Assembly: GCA_963692865.2 (NCBI GenBank)
Contig: OY843592.1
Coordinates: 3,616,001-3,680,000 of the forward strand
Direction of reading: 5' to 3'
Length of the DNA: 64,000 nucleotides
Source of the DNA: a bacterium
GTDB lineage: Bacteria > UBA8248
The notes under the pieces were generated by a model that was not told the DNA's origin, did no database searches, and saw only the letters and a list, made by a program, of their open reading frames with translations. Positions 9,491 to 19,455 of the stretch are shown here, one piece after another; within the stretch, counting starts at the first letter, position 1, and each line of letters begins with the position of its first letter. The position numbers and the translations under genes were made by a program.

Positions 9491-10363
9491 ATGCTCAGCT
9501 TCGAATTCATATTGAACGCGCTCATCGCGGGCATCCTGCTGGGAGGCTTCTACGCCGCGATGAGCGCCGGGCTTTCGCTCTCCTTTGGCCTGCTCGACGT
9601 CGTGAACATCGCACATCCGGCCTTCATCATTTTCGGCTCCTATCTGACCTACTACGTAAACGAACACTTCGGGTTCGACCCGATACTCGCGGGCCTCGTC
9701 TTCGCGGTTCCCGCCTATTTCGTGGGCGTCGCGGTCTACAAAATCTATTACAACAGCTTCGAGAAGACGGGAGCGGAATCCCTGCGCGGACTGGTGTTTT
9801 TCTTCGGACTCTTTTTCCTCATCGAGGTCATCCTCATCATTACCTTCGGGGTGGACTACCGCCTCGTCCGCGCATTCTACATCGGCAAGTCCACCTCTAT
9901 CGGCTCGGTGGGAATCGCCTACCGTCTGTTCGTGCCATTCCTCGTGGGGGGGATACTCGCCGCCGTCCTGTACCTGTTTCTCACAAAAACCTTTTTCGGG
10001 CGCGCCATCATGGGCGTGGCGCAGGACAGCCTCGCCGTCCAGCTCATGGGGGTAGACCCGATTCGCATCAAGACGGTCGCCTTCGGCATCGGCATCGCCA
10101 CCGCCGTGATCGCCGGCTCGCTGCTCATCATCATCGGCCCGGTCGAGCCGACCATCGGGCGCGAATACATCGGCCGCGTGTTCGCGGTCACCGTCCTCGG
10201 CGGGCTGGGCAGCATGACAGGCACGCTCGTGGGCGGACTCATCCTGGGCGTCGCCGAGAGCTTCACCTCTTCGTTCTTCGGCCCCTCGTGGGCGCTGGCC
10301 GTCTCGTTCGGCATTCTGCTTATCTGTCTGGCGGTCCGGCCGTCCGGACTGTTCGGGAGATAA
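9491..10363 (+). CDS. livH: Branched-chain amino acid ABC permease (LivH-like)
   Basis: GLSLSFGLLDVVNIAH, FGRAIMGVAQD, VLGGLGS motifs. Confidence 0.88.
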   Translation: MLSFEFILNALIAGILLGGFYAAMSAGLSLSFGLLDVVNIAHPAFIIFGSYLTYYVNEHFGFDPILAGLVFAVPAYFVGVAVYKIYYNSFEKTGAESLRGLVFFFGLFFLIEVILIITFGVDYRLVRAFYIGKSTSIGSVGIAYRLFVPFLVGGILAAVLYLFLTKTFFGRAIMGVAQDSLAVQLMGVDPIRIKTVAFGIGIATAVIAGSLLIIIGPVEPTIGREYIGRVFAVTVLGGLGSMTGTLVGGLILGVAESFTSSFFGPSWALAVSFGILLICLAVRPSGLFGR

Positions 10364-10367
10364 CTCC

Positions 10368-11327
10368 TTGAGCAAGGAAAGAAAGCTCTTCCTGATCGTG
10401 GCTGCGGTTCTGATCGTCGTATCATTCCTCATTACGACCCAGATGGAGAATCGCTTCTACTACAAGGCGGCATACGTCGTGTTGCAATACGTCGTCTTGG
10501 CCACCGCCTGGAATATCCTGGGCGGCTACACCGGCTACGTGAACTTCGGCACGGCGGGGTTCTTCGCCATGGGCGCCTACACCGCCGTCGCACTCATCAA
10601 GACATGGAAGCCGCCCCTATATTTGCTGCTCATCATGGGCGGCCTCGTCTCGGGCCTTCTGGGACTCGGCATCGGCTACCTCACTTTAAGACTCAAGGGC
10701 GTCTTCTTCTCCATTGCCACGCTGGCACTCGCCGTCGTTCTCCAGATGCTCATTTCGAACTGGAGTTATGTGGGCGGGGGCGCGGGCACGGCCATCCTGA
10801 AGCCCAGGAGCGTACCGCTCTTCTCGAACTACGACGAGTTCCTCTTCTTCGTCATGGCGTCGATCGCGGTGGTCTCCGTGGTCGTCGCCTGGCTCATCGA
10901 AAAATCCTGGATCGGGCGTGGAATGGCCGCCATCCGCGACAACGAGGAGGCGGCCGAGTGCATGGGCGTACCCATCCTCAAGCTCAAGCTGTTCGCCACC
11001 ACGGTGAGCGGCGCGCTGATGGGAATCGCGGGCGCGCCGTTTTCCTATTTCGTCGTCTACATCGAACCCACTTCGGCATTTCACCTGGACTACGCGGTGA
11101 ACAGCCTCGCCATGCCCATGATCGGCGGCACCACCACCTGGCTGGGTCCGCTGGTCGGCGCGGTTCTCGTGGGAACGGCCCAGCAGATAGCCACCGTCAC
11201 CCTCTCGTCCGAGATGAACCTGCTCATCGTGGGCAGCCTGCTCGTGGGGTTCGTGGTGTTCGCGCCCGACGGCCTCGTGGGCCTGTTCGGCAAAATCCGC
11301 GCGCGACTCGCGGGGAGGGAGGCGTGA
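10368..11327 (+). CDS. livM: Branched-chain amino acid ABC permease (LivM-like)
   Basis: WNILGGYTGYVNFG, LRLKGVFFSIATLA, AIRDNEEAAECMGV motifs. Confidence 0.88.
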   Translation: MSKERKLFLIVAAVLIVVSFLITTQMENRFYYKAAYVVLQYVVLATAWNILGGYTGYVNFGTAGFFAMGAYTAVALIKTWKPPLYLLLIMGGLVSGLLGLGIGYLTLRLKGVFFSIATLALAVVLQMLISNWSYVGGGAGTAILKPRSVPLFSNYDEFLFFVMASIAVVSVVVAWLIEKSWIGRGMAAIRDNEEAAECMGVPILKLKLFATTVSGALMGIAGAPFSYFVVYIEPTSAFHLDYAVNSLAMPMIGGTTTWLGPLVGAVLVGTAQQIATVTLSSEMNLLIVGSLLVGFVVFAPDGLVGLFGKIRARLAGREA

Positions 11328-12052
11328 TGAGCGACAACCTCCTCGACGTGCACGGCGTCACGAAGCGCTTCGGCGGATTCAGCGCGCTCACCAGAGTCGA
11401 TTTGCACGTGAAGGAAAACGAGCGCTTCGGCCTCATCGGCCCCAACGGCTCGGGCAAGACGACGATGATCAACTGCATATCGGGCGCTCTCGCGAACGAC
11501 GAGGGCAACATCGTCTTCGCAGGCCACGACATCACCAGGATACCCGCCTACCAGCGAACCCGCCTGGGCATCTCGCGCAGCTTTCAGATTCCCAAGCCGT
11601 TCGTCAGCATGACGGTGCTCGAGAACCTGTGCATCCCGCTCGAATACGCCGCCCACCAGCATTCCCACGGAGCCGATATCCAAGGCGAGGCCATGGAGAT
11701 ACTCGAGATCATGAGCCTCTCGGACAAGGCCGACGTACGCACCGGCGGACTCACCCAGATTGAACTGAGAAAGCTCGAACTCGCGCGCGCCATGGCAGCC
11801 AAGCCGAGGCTTCTCATATCGGACGAAGCCATGGCCGGCCTCTCCAACGCCGAGGTGGACGACATTCTCGAAATCCTCGTGCGCCTGAACGAGGAGGGCC
11901 TCACCGTCATCATGATCGAGCACATCATGCGGGCGGTCATGAGTTTTTCCGAGCGCATCGTCGTCCTCGACGCCGGCGAGAAGATCGCCGAGGGGACACC
12001 CGATGAGGTCGTCAACAACAAGGACGTGGAAAGGGCCTACCTTGGCGCATAG
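11327..12052 (+). CDS. livG: ABC transporter ATP-binding protein (LivG-like)
   Basis: ATG 11327 overlaps the livM stop; GPNGSGKTT, SRSFQ, LISDE, MIEH. Confidence 0.9.
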   Translation: MSDNLLDVHGVTKRFGGFSALTRVDLHVKENERFGLIGPNGSGKTTMINCISGALANDEGNIVFAGHDITRIPAYQRTRLGISRSFQIPKPFVSMTVLENLCIPLEYAAHQHSHGADIQGEAMEILEIMSLSDKADVRTGGLTQIELRKLELARAMAAKPRLLISDEAMAGLSNAEVDDILEILVRLNEEGLTVIMIEHIMRAVMSFSERIVVLDAGEKIAEGTPDEVVNNKDVERAYLGA

Positions 12053-12773
12053 CATCGTCGTCGACAACGTATCCGCAGGCTACGGAGCCGTGCGCGTGCT
12101 TCACGAGGTCTCCATCAAGGTGAACGACGGGGAGACCGTGGTGCTGCTGGGCACGAACGGAAACGGCAAGAGCACGCTCATCAAGTGCATCATGGGCATC
12201 ATCCGGCCCGATGAGGGCGAGATATACCTGGAAGCCGACGGCGAGCGAATCGATCTGGCAGGTAGGAACCCCGAGGAGATCGTGAACCTGGGCGTCGCGC
12301 TCGTGCCCGAGGGAAGGCGCCTGTTCCCGCGCCTGACGGTGGAGGAGAACCTCCTGCTCGGCGCCTACCGCGAAGAAGCCCGCCGCGGCATCGACCGCAA
12401 CCTCGCCTTCGCCTTCGAGGCGTTCCCGGTTCTCGCCGAGCGCAAGAACCAACTCGCGGGCAGCATGAGCGGGGGCGAGCAGCAGATGCTGGCCGTGGCC
12501 CGCGCGCTCATGTCCGCGCCCAAGGTGCTCCTTGTGGACGAGCCCTCCGTCGGCCTGGCGCCCATTCTCGTGAGCCGGGTGATCGCCAAGATCCGGGAAC
12601 TGAAAGAAGAATACAATCTCACCGTCCTCATGGCCGAGCAGAACTTCAACCAGGCGGTCAAGATCGCCGACAGGGGCTACATCATCGTTCACGGGGAGAT
12701 CGCCTTCGCGGGCGAGAACACCGAAGCCCTCGCCGGCCACGAACTCGTGAAGAAATACTACCTCGGCGCGTGA
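12042..12773 (+). CDS. livF: ABC transporter ATP-binding protein (LivF-like)
   Basis: Probable TTG start at 12042; GTNGNGKST, VPEGRRLF, MSGGEQQM, VDEPSVGL. Confidence 0.9.
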   Translation: MAHSIVVDNVSAGYGAVRVLHEVSIKVNDGETVVLLGTNGNGKSTLIKCIMGIIRPDEGEIYLEADGERIDLAGRNPEEIVNLGVALVPEGRRLFPRLTVEENLLLGAYREEARRGIDRNLAFAFEAFPVLAERKNQLAGSMSGGEQQMLAVARALMSAPKVLLVDEPSVGLAPILVSRVIAKIRELKEEYNLTVLMAEQNFNQAVKIADRGYIIVHGEIAFAGENTEALAGHELVKKYYLGA

Positions 12774-12866
12774 GGGGACGAGAAGCGTTTCGCGCACAGG
12801 TCATTCTCTTTTCCGTATCACCACCTCATTCGATAAAATTGTTCCTGCCCCGCTGATACGACGACG

Positions 12867-13298
12867 TCAATACCCCATTTCCCTGGCGGGGACGTCGGAG
12901 GCCACCTGTATGACGATGCCCTCGGTTTCATCGGGGTGCAGGAACAGGATTTCGTATCCTCTTGGCGTGTAGGTGCCAGGACCGAAGCCTTCGAGGAACT
13001 GCACTCCGCCATCGGTGAAATGCTTGCCTGCCGCGCCCGTATCGGGCGTCGAGAGCGCGATGTGCGAGAGGCAGGGCCCTCCGTTTCGCTCGAGCATCTT
13101 TGTATACAGGTTCTCCGGGTCGTAGGGCTGCATGATCTCGATTTCCACGTCGCCCATGCGCAGGAACGTGGCGTGCGCCCAGCCGGTGTCGGCCACCTGC
13201 ACGCGGTTCGGCTCGCAGCCGAGCTTTTCCTGGAACATCTTGGTGGTGCGCTCCATGTCATCCGTGATGAGGCCTACATGATGGATCTTCTTGAACAT
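12867..13298 (-). CDS. VOC family protein (methylmalonyl-CoA epimerase-like)
   Basis: CCAGGGAG RBS then MFKKIHHVGL...EIEIMQP...LSHIAL...LFLHPDETEGIVIQV. Confidence 0.8.
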   Translation of the reverse strand: MFKKIHHVGLITDDMERTTKMFQEKLGCEPNRVQVADTGWAHATFLRMGDVEIEIMQPYDPENLYTKMLERNGGPCLSHIALSTPDTGAAGKHFTDGGVQFLEGFGPGTYTPRGYEILFLHPDETEGIVIQVASDVPAREMGY

Positions 13299-13465
13299 CG
13301 AAATACTCCCTGGATAATGAATGATCGCTAAAGCCGTACCGAAGAAAAACGACCCGGCATAAGAGACACACGCGCCCTGGAATGTCAAAAACTCCCCGGC
13401 GTCATACGCTCCGCGCATGAAACCGCTCGAAACGAAAAAGATGAAACTACCCCCCTTCTCACTTG

Positions 13466-13494
13466 TTGACACATAGATAGCGAGATTCTATGAT
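13466..13494 (+). promoter_or_regulatory. Sigma70-type promoter of the second liv-type operon
   Basis: TTGACA-17 nt-TATGAT about 90 nt upstream of ATG 13581. Confidence 0.7.
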
Positions 13495-13580
13495 CCCCGC
13501 ATCGCAACATATTCAAGGGATATTGGCATCAGCGCGTTTAGCGTCTTCATGTCATCTCATCATCACAAGGAGGAGCATTC

Positions 13581-14867
13581 ATGAGTCGTTTGGACAGAAG
13601 AAAATTCCTGAAAAGCGCAGGCCTCATCGGCGGCATCGTGGCCGCGCAGGCAGCGCCTCCCTTCCTGAGAGAGGGACTCGGCGCCCGGCCGATCAAATGG
13701 GGTTCCATCCATCCGACGACGGGCCCCTACTCCACCGAGGCTTTCGACCAGGTGGAAGGCGTCAAGATCGCCATCGAGGACGTCAACAAGGAAGGCGGCG
13801 TGGACGGACGCGAAATCAAGCTGCTCTTCCGCGACGACCAGTTCAAATGGGACCAGACCACCACGCACGCGCTCGACCTGATCGACAACCACAGGGTCGA
13901 CTTCATCGCGGGCTCCATGGTCGGCCCCGAGGAAATCCGCCTCAACGAGTTCTCCCGCAAGCGCAAGATCATCTATGCGAACTATCCCCAGCACATCCTC
14001 GCCACTCCGCAAAACGCGAATAAGATGTCGCCCCTGTTCTTCACGGCGAACACCACTCCATACCAGCTGGCGGCCAGTTCGCTCACCTATATCGCCGAGA
14101 ACAAGATCGGCAAGAAGATTCACTGCGTGTTCGACGACTACATCTGGCCCAAGATGTTCATCCCTGCCTTCAAAAAGCTGACGAAGGACTTCAACCTCAC
14201 CTGGAACGCGAACAGCTCCGTCTCCTGGGTACCCTTCCCGACCTCGATGGACTATTCCGCGACGTTCCCGAGAATCCTGAAAGAAAAGCCCGACGTCGTA
14301 TACGCGCTCAACTGGGGACAGCGCCAGGTCGCCTTCGTCAAGCAGGCGCGCGAAGCCGGTCTCGCCGATAAGGTGAAGATCGTCCTGGGCGCCACCGAGA
14401 TCACCATGCCCGAAGCCGCCGGCGCCGGTTCCTACCACGGATTTAACGCGGCGATGATGTGGCACCCCTCTCTCGCGAGCAAATATCCGGCCGCCAAGAC
14501 GCTGAACGACAAGTTCCTGGCGCGCCGCAAACGCCCGTGCTCGAGCTACGGAATGCTCGCCCACGACCTCACGCGGCTCATCCTGGACACGGCGAGAGAG
14601 ACCAAGCTCTACAAGCGCCGCGACCACTTCAAGCTCGCGAAGGTGCTCGAGGGCAAGAAGTTCCAGTACAGCAAGGGCGTGTGCCAGATTCGCGCCTGCG
14701 ACCACGTCTGCATCTCTGAAGTGTTCGTGATGCGCGGCAAGTCCAAGGCCGAGATGAAGGATAAATTCGATCACATCGAGGTCATCGGCTCCTCGAGCGG
14801 CGAGGGCAACACCGTCTCCTGCGAGGCGAAGGGCCTGAAAGGACCCGCCAGCGATAGGAAGGCCTAG
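13581..14867 (+). CDS. ABC substrate-binding protein (LivK-like) with Tat signal peptide
   Basis: DRRKFLK twin-arginine motif; NKEGGVDGREIKLLFRDD; IRACDH. Confidence 0.88.
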   Translation: MSRLDRRKFLKSAGLIGGIVAAQAAPPFLREGLGARPIKWGSIHPTTGPYSTEAFDQVEGVKIAIEDVNKEGGVDGREIKLLFRDDQFKWDQTTTHALDLIDNHRVDFIAGSMVGPEEIRLNEFSRKRKIIYANYPQHILATPQNANKMSPLFFTANTTPYQLAASSLTYIAENKIGKKIHCVFDDYIWPKMFIPAFKKLTKDFNLTWNANSSVSWVPFPTSMDYSATFPRILKEKPDVVYALNWGQRQVAFVKQAREAGLADKVKIVLGATEITMPEAAGAGSYHGFNAAMMWHPSLASKYPAAKTLNDKFLARRKRPCSSYGMLAHDLTRLILDTARETKLYKRRDHFKLAKVLEGKKFQYSKGVCQIRACDHVCISEVFVMRGKSKAEMKDKFDHIEVIGSSSGEGNTVSCEAKGLKGPASDRKA

Positions 14868-14901
14868 GGATCGACGCTTCGAAGCGTTTCTGAAACGCCT
14901 G

Positions 14902-14936
14902 CCCGGGCGGCCGGAAATCCGGTCGCCCGGGTTTTT
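14902..14936 (+). terminator. Intrinsic terminator/attenuating hairpin after the binding-protein gene
   Basis: CCCGGGCGGCCGG-AAAT-CCGGTCGCCCGGG followed by TTTTT. Confidence 0.7.
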
Positions 14937-14976
14937 CCTCAAGACGTTTGACAAAGGCCGCGTTTCATCCTAGACA

Positions 14977-15996
14977 TTGCACTCTTGCGACTTCCCCGTT
15001 ATCGAGGAGCGTGTTTTGCCAACCGGCGGCGTTGAGTTTTCAGAGTTCGTCCAGCACCTGTTTCTGGGGCTGGTGCAGGGCTCTTTCTGGGTTCTCCTGG
15101 CCTTAGGCCTCTCGATCATTTTCGGACTCATGGGCATCATCAATTTCGGGCACGGCGCCTTCTACATGCTGGGCGCTTACGTGGGCTTCACGGTTTCGGA
15201 CCTCATCTTCTCGCCCTTTCTCGGACCAAACGTGGGCTTCATCGTGGCCCTCGCCTCCGTGCCTGTGGTCATGTTCGCCCTCGGAATGGTCTTTGAGAGA
15301 TACGTCATCAGCAGAATATACAATACGGAGAACGAGCGATTCTCGGGCGTTCTGATCATGTTCGGTATGTCCATCTTCCTGCCGGACTTCGTGCGTTTTC
15401 TCTGGGGCAGGCCGGGAAAACCCTTCAACATTCCGCCGATGTTCCAGTTCTCGCTCTTCAAGACGGGCACGCTCGACATCACGGCCTACAGGAGCTTCAC
15501 CATCATTACCGCGGCGATTCTCGTCGCCCTTCTCTGGGTGCTCATCTACAAGACGAACCTGGGGATGATGATCCGCGCGGGCACGAACAACAACACGATG
15601 GTGAAGGTACTGGGCATCAACGTGTCGCGCATCTGGCGCCTTACTTTCGGCTTGGGGATCGCACTGGCCGGATTCTCCGGCGTCATGATAGCGCCCCTGT
15701 TCGCGGTGGACGCCACGATGGGCGAACTGATTCTGGTGCAGACCTTCATCGTTGTCGTCGTCGGCGGCATGGGGAGCTTCATCGGCCCCGTTATCGGCGG
15801 GCTGATTCTGGGCCAGCTATGGGCGCTCACGCCCCTGGTGGGCAGAACCCAGTACGTGGTTCAAAACTGGACGGGTACTGTGATCGGCCCCGATTTCTGG
15901 GAAAAAGCGTCCGACATACTGCTCTTCATCGTGATGGCGGTAATACTTCTCTTGAGGCCAAGGGGGTTGTTCGGCCAGGAAGGCGCTTTTGACTAA
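14977..15996 (+). CDS. livH: Branched-chain amino acid ABC permease (LivH-like); start uncertain
   Basis: LGLSIIFGLMGIINFGHGAFYMLG, VVVVGGMGS, LRPRGLFG. Confidence 0.87.
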   Translation: MHSCDFPVIEERVLPTGGVEFSEFVQHLFLGLVQGSFWVLLALGLSIIFGLMGIINFGHGAFYMLGAYVGFTVSDLIFSPFLGPNVGFIVALASVPVVMFALGMVFERYVISRIYNTENERFSGVLIMFGMSIFLPDFVRFLWGRPGKPFNIPPMFQFSLFKTGTLDITAYRSFTIITAAILVALLWVLIYKTNLGMMIRAGTNNNTMVKVLGINVSRIWRLTFGLGIALAGFSGVMIAPLFAVDATMGELILVQTFIVVVVGGMGSFIGPVIGGLILGQLWALTPLVGRTQYVVQNWTGTVIGPDFWEKASDILLFIVMAVILLLRPRGLFGQEGAFD

Positions 15997-16027
15997 ACAT
16001 CCGTTTCGTCTCGGGAGAGATTTTTAA

Positions 16028-17257
16028 GTGGACTCAACTGCTCCAAAAAACCGATTCACGCCCAAGGATTTCTGGGCCTGGCTCGCGGAAGTTTTCGACA
16101 ACTACGGAATACTGATACTCGCCGGTCTTCTGCTGGTGTACCCGTTCTTCTTCAGCGCCCTCAACGACTCGATCATCTGGCTCGAGGACAACGACTGGGA
16201 GGAAACCGCCGAGATAGTCGCGGAGATTCGCGGTTTCGTGCCGAGCACGCCTCTGATGATTCAGATTCTCATCTACACGCTGTTCGGCATCGCCTTCAAC
16301 ATCCTGCTCGGCAACACCGGAATGCTCAGCCTGGGCCACTGCGCGTTCTTCGGCGTGGGCGGCTACACCGTGGGCATCATGCACGCCTGGATCAAGCCCG
16401 GCACATACGCGCCCGACTGGATGGTCAGCGCCTTCAAGGTGCTGCCCCTCGAAATCTCGCTTATCACCTGCATCATCGTCTCCACTTTCGTCGCCTGGCT
16501 CATCGGCACCATTTGCAGCACGAAGCGCGGCGTGTATTTCGCGATGGTCACCCTCTCCATCAGCATGATCTTCTATTACTCCGCGCAGACGTTCGACGAC
16601 CTCACGGGCGGAACGGACGGACTGGGCGGTCTCGAGAACATGCGGCTGGGCTCCATCGGCCTTCGCGTGGGCATCATGGATGCGAACATCACCTATTATT
16701 TCGTCTTCTTCATAGCCGTCGTTTTCATCGCTCTCATATGGCAGGTGTTGCGCTCGCCGTTCGGCCATGTGCTGAGAGCGGTTCGCGAAAACGAGGATCG
16801 CGCGCGCATCTGCGGCTACAACGTGGCGAAAGTGAGGCTCATGGCATTCACGATGAGCGGGGCCATCTCGGGAGTCGCGGGCGCGCTGGCGATCATCTAC
16901 GGCGAGACAGTGCCTATCGAAAACATCCACTTCATCACTTCGGGACAGATCGTCATCATCACCCTCTTCGGAGGTGCGGGCACCTTCCTGGGGCCAGCGG
17001 TGGGTTCGTTCATCTACTGGTATTTGAGGCAGTTGATGAGCGTGGAGTTCGTAAAATACCTGGACATCTTCCAGTATTGGGAAGCGTGGGTAGGCGGCAT
17101 CTTCGTACTGATCGTGCTCTTCGTGCCCTCGGGCATTCTGGGCACCATCCGCAACATGACGCTCGAATACCGCGAGAAGAAACTGTTGACGAAAAAAGCC
17201 GTGGAGAATTTTCTGGCGAAAAAAGCCGAGGCCGAGACGCCCGCGGACACGGAATAA
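16028..17257 (+). CDS. livM: Branched-chain amino acid ABC permease (LivM-like)
   Basis: NILLGNTGMLSLGH, GVYFAMVTL, LTGGTDGL, AVRENEDRA. Confidence 0.87.
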   Translation: MDSTAPKNRFTPKDFWAWLAEVFDNYGILILAGLLLVYPFFFSALNDSIIWLEDNDWEETAEIVAEIRGFVPSTPLMIQILIYTLFGIAFNILLGNTGMLSLGHCAFFGVGGYTVGIMHAWIKPGTYAPDWMVSAFKVLPLEISLITCIIVSTFVAWLIGTICSTKRGVYFAMVTLSISMIFYYSAQTFDDLTGGTDGLGGLENMRLGSIGLRVGIMDANITYYFVFFIAVVFIALIWQVLRSPFGHVLRAVRENEDRARICGYNVAKVRLMAFTMSGAISGVAGALAIIYGETVPIENIHFITSGQIVIITLFGGAGTFLGPAVGSFIYWYLRQLMSVEFVKYLDIFQYWEAWVGGIFVLIVLFVPSGILGTIRNMTLEYREKKLLTKKAVENFLAKKAEAETPADTE

Positions 17258-17269
17258 CGGAAAGATAAA

Positions 17270-18004
17270 ATGCCTATCCTGGAAACCAAAAGCCTGAGCA
17301 AGCACTTCGACGCCCTCGTCGCCGTGGACAGCGTGGACTATGCGGTCGATTCCGGCGAGCTGCGCTCCATCATCGGACCCAACGGCGCGGGTAAAACGAC
17401 TTTCTTCAACATGATTGCGGGCGACCTGCTCCCCACGTCGGGACAGGTCATCTTCGACGGCGAGGACGTATCGGAAGTACCCGCCCATGAGCGCTCCCAT
17501 CTGGGCATCGGCCGCACCTACCAGATCACCAATATCTTCCCGAAACTGAGCGTGCTGGAGAACATCCGCATCGCCGCGCAATCGCGCAAGATGACGTTCA
17601 ACCTCTGGTCGACCGTTCCCAGCCACAAGGAATTGCTTGAAAAGGCGGACCAGATAATCGAGCGCATCAATTTGACGGAAAAGCGCGACGAACTCGCCGG
17701 AACGCTCGCGCATGGCGAGCAGCGCTATCTCGAAATCGGGATCGCGCTCGCCACCGATCCGAAGCTGCTTCTACTGGATGAGCCGACAGCGGGCATGAGC
17801 CCCGAGGAGACGATCCAGACGGGCGAGTTCATCAAGGGCCTGGCCGACCCGCTCACCATCGTGCTCGTGGAGCACGACATGGAGGTGGTACTGGGCATTT
17901 CGGACAAAATCACCGTGCTGCACAACGGCGCCTTTCTCGCCGAGGGCACGGTGGAGGAAGTTCGCGCGAACGCCGAGGTTCAGCGCGTATACCTGAGGGA
18001 ATAA
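17270..18004 (+). CDS. livG: ABC transporter ATP-binding protein (LivG-like)
   Basis: GPNGAGKTT, GRTYQ, LAHGEQR, LLDEPTAG. Confidence 0.9.
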   Translation: MPILETKSLSKHFDALVAVDSVDYAVDSGELRSIIGPNGAGKTTFFNMIAGDLLPTSGQVIFDGEDVSEVPAHERSHLGIGRTYQITNIFPKLSVLENIRIAAQSRKMTFNLWSTVPSHKELLEKADQIIERINLTEKRDELAGTLAHGEQRYLEIGIALATDPKLLLLDEPTAGMSPEETIQTGEFIKGLADPLTIVLVEHDMEVVLGISDKITVLHNGAFLAEGTVEEVRANAEVQRVYLRE

Positions 18005-18708
18005 TGCTCGAAGTCGATTCCATCAACACGTTTTACGGTTTGAGCCACGTGCTTCACGACCTGAGCCTCAAGGTGGGCGAAGGCGAGGCCGTGGCCTTCC
18101 TCGGCAGGAACGGGGCGGGCAAATCCACCACCATGAAGACGGTTATGGGTCTGCTGACGCCCAGCACCGGCAAAATCACCATGGAGGGAGCCGACATCAC
18201 CGAAGCGGAGGCGCACACCGTCTCGCTCGCGGGGATTTCATGGATCCCGGAAGATCGCCAGGTGTTCACCAACCTAACCGTGTATGAAAACCTTAAAATC
18301 AGCCGCATCCCCATTGACGGCGCGAAGGACCTGGACGCGCACCTCGACTGGATTTTCTCCCTCTTCCCGCGTCTCAAGGAACGCATCAACAACAAGGGGA
18401 ACCAGTTGAGCGGCGGCGAGCAGCAGATGCTCACCATGGCGCGGGGACTCGGCACGGAGCCCAAACTCATCATGGTGGACGAGCCCACCGAGGGCCTGAT
18501 GCCCGCCTACGTCGAAACCATCGAAAACGTGCTGGTGGAGATCCAGAAAAAAGGCATCGCCATCCTGCTCGTGGAGCAGAACTTCCGCATGGCGCTCAGC
18601 ATCACCAAGCGCGCCTACCTCATCGAAAAAGGCGTCATCCAGTGGGAAGGCGCTTCCGCCGACCTGCTCGAAGACCAGGAAACCCGCATGCGGTATCTGG
18701 GCGTCTAA
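18004..18708 (+). CDS. livF: ABC transporter ATP-binding protein (LivF-like)
   Basis: GRNGAGKST, LSGGEQQM, VDEPTEGL, LVEQN. Confidence 0.9.
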   Translation: MLEVDSINTFYGLSHVLHDLSLKVGEGEAVAFLGRNGAGKSTTMKTVMGLLTPSTGKITMEGADITEAEAHTVSLAGISWIPEDRQVFTNLTVYENLKISRIPIDGAKDLDAHLDWIFSLFPRLKERINNKGNQLSGGEQQMLTMARGLGTEPKLIMVDEPTEGLMPAYVETIENVLVEIQKKGIAILLVEQNFRMALSITKRAYLIEKGVIQWEGASADLLEDQETRMRYLGV

Positions 18709-18769
18709 GCGATTCACATAGAAACCCCGCAGAATTTCCCGGCTTAACGCAGACCAGGGAGGAGACGAT

Positions 18770-19195
18770 ATGGATCAGCGTCTCAGCATCGTCACCCTGG
18801 GCGTGGACGATCTTGCGCGTTCGCGCGCGTTCTACGAGGCGCTCGGCTGGCGTGTTGCGAGTGAAGAGAACGCCGGTTCCATCGTCTGCTTCAGCCTCAA
18901 CGGAATCGGTTTCGCGCTTTATCCGCGCGACAAACTCATCGAGGATATCGGGCCAGAGGTCGGAAGCGGAGAAGCGACCGGCGCGGTCACCCTGGCCTAC
19001 AACGTCCGCACGCGCGAGGAAGTCGCCAAAGTGCTTGATGAAGCCGAACGCGCAGGCGGCACCATCATCAAGCCGGCGCAGGAACTTTTCTGGGGCGGCC
19101 ATTCGGGGTATTTCCAGGATCCCGACGGGCATTATTGGGAAGTCGCCTGGAACCCCTTCTCACCACTCGATGATAAGGGAAACTTCGCCTGGTAG
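18770..19195 (+). CDS. VOC/glyoxalase family protein
   Basis: LSIVTLGVDDLARSRAFYEALGW...FWGGHSGYFQDPDGHYWEVAWNP. Confidence 0.9.
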   Translation: MDQRLSIVTLGVDDLARSRAFYEALGWRVASEENAGSIVCFSLNGIGFALYPRDKLIEDIGPEVGSGEATGAVTLAYNVRTREEVAKVLDEAERAGGTIIKPAQELFWGGHSGYFQDPDGHYWEVAWNPFSPLDDKGNFAW

Positions 19196-19244
19196 CCGTT
19201 GGTGGGTCACTACTTCCTCGTCAGTCGGTGCAATCGCGCTCTCC

Positions 19245-19435
19245 AGGGCTGTTGCCCCCCTCCGCCTCATCCTGAGTAGCGGCGAAGCCGCGTATCGAAG
19301 GATGTGCTCTCGCCCCGGCGCGAGGCATTCGACTCCCCTCGCCCTTCGATACGCCGCCTTCGGCGGCTACTCAGGGTGAGGAAAGAGGCGTTGGCGGTTT
19401 GTGGGAATCGCAGACGGGGCTTTTTCAACAACCCC
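19245..19435. mobile_element. MITE-like element carrying a long CTCATCCTGAGTAG...TCGAAGG palindromic repeat
   Basis: Ends AGGGCTGTTG and TTTTTCAACAACCCC; near reverse-complement copies at about 57706-57930 and 61136-61330, core also at 27232-27342. Confidence 0.6.
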
Positions 19436-19455
19436 TCCCCAATCGCGATTGACCC

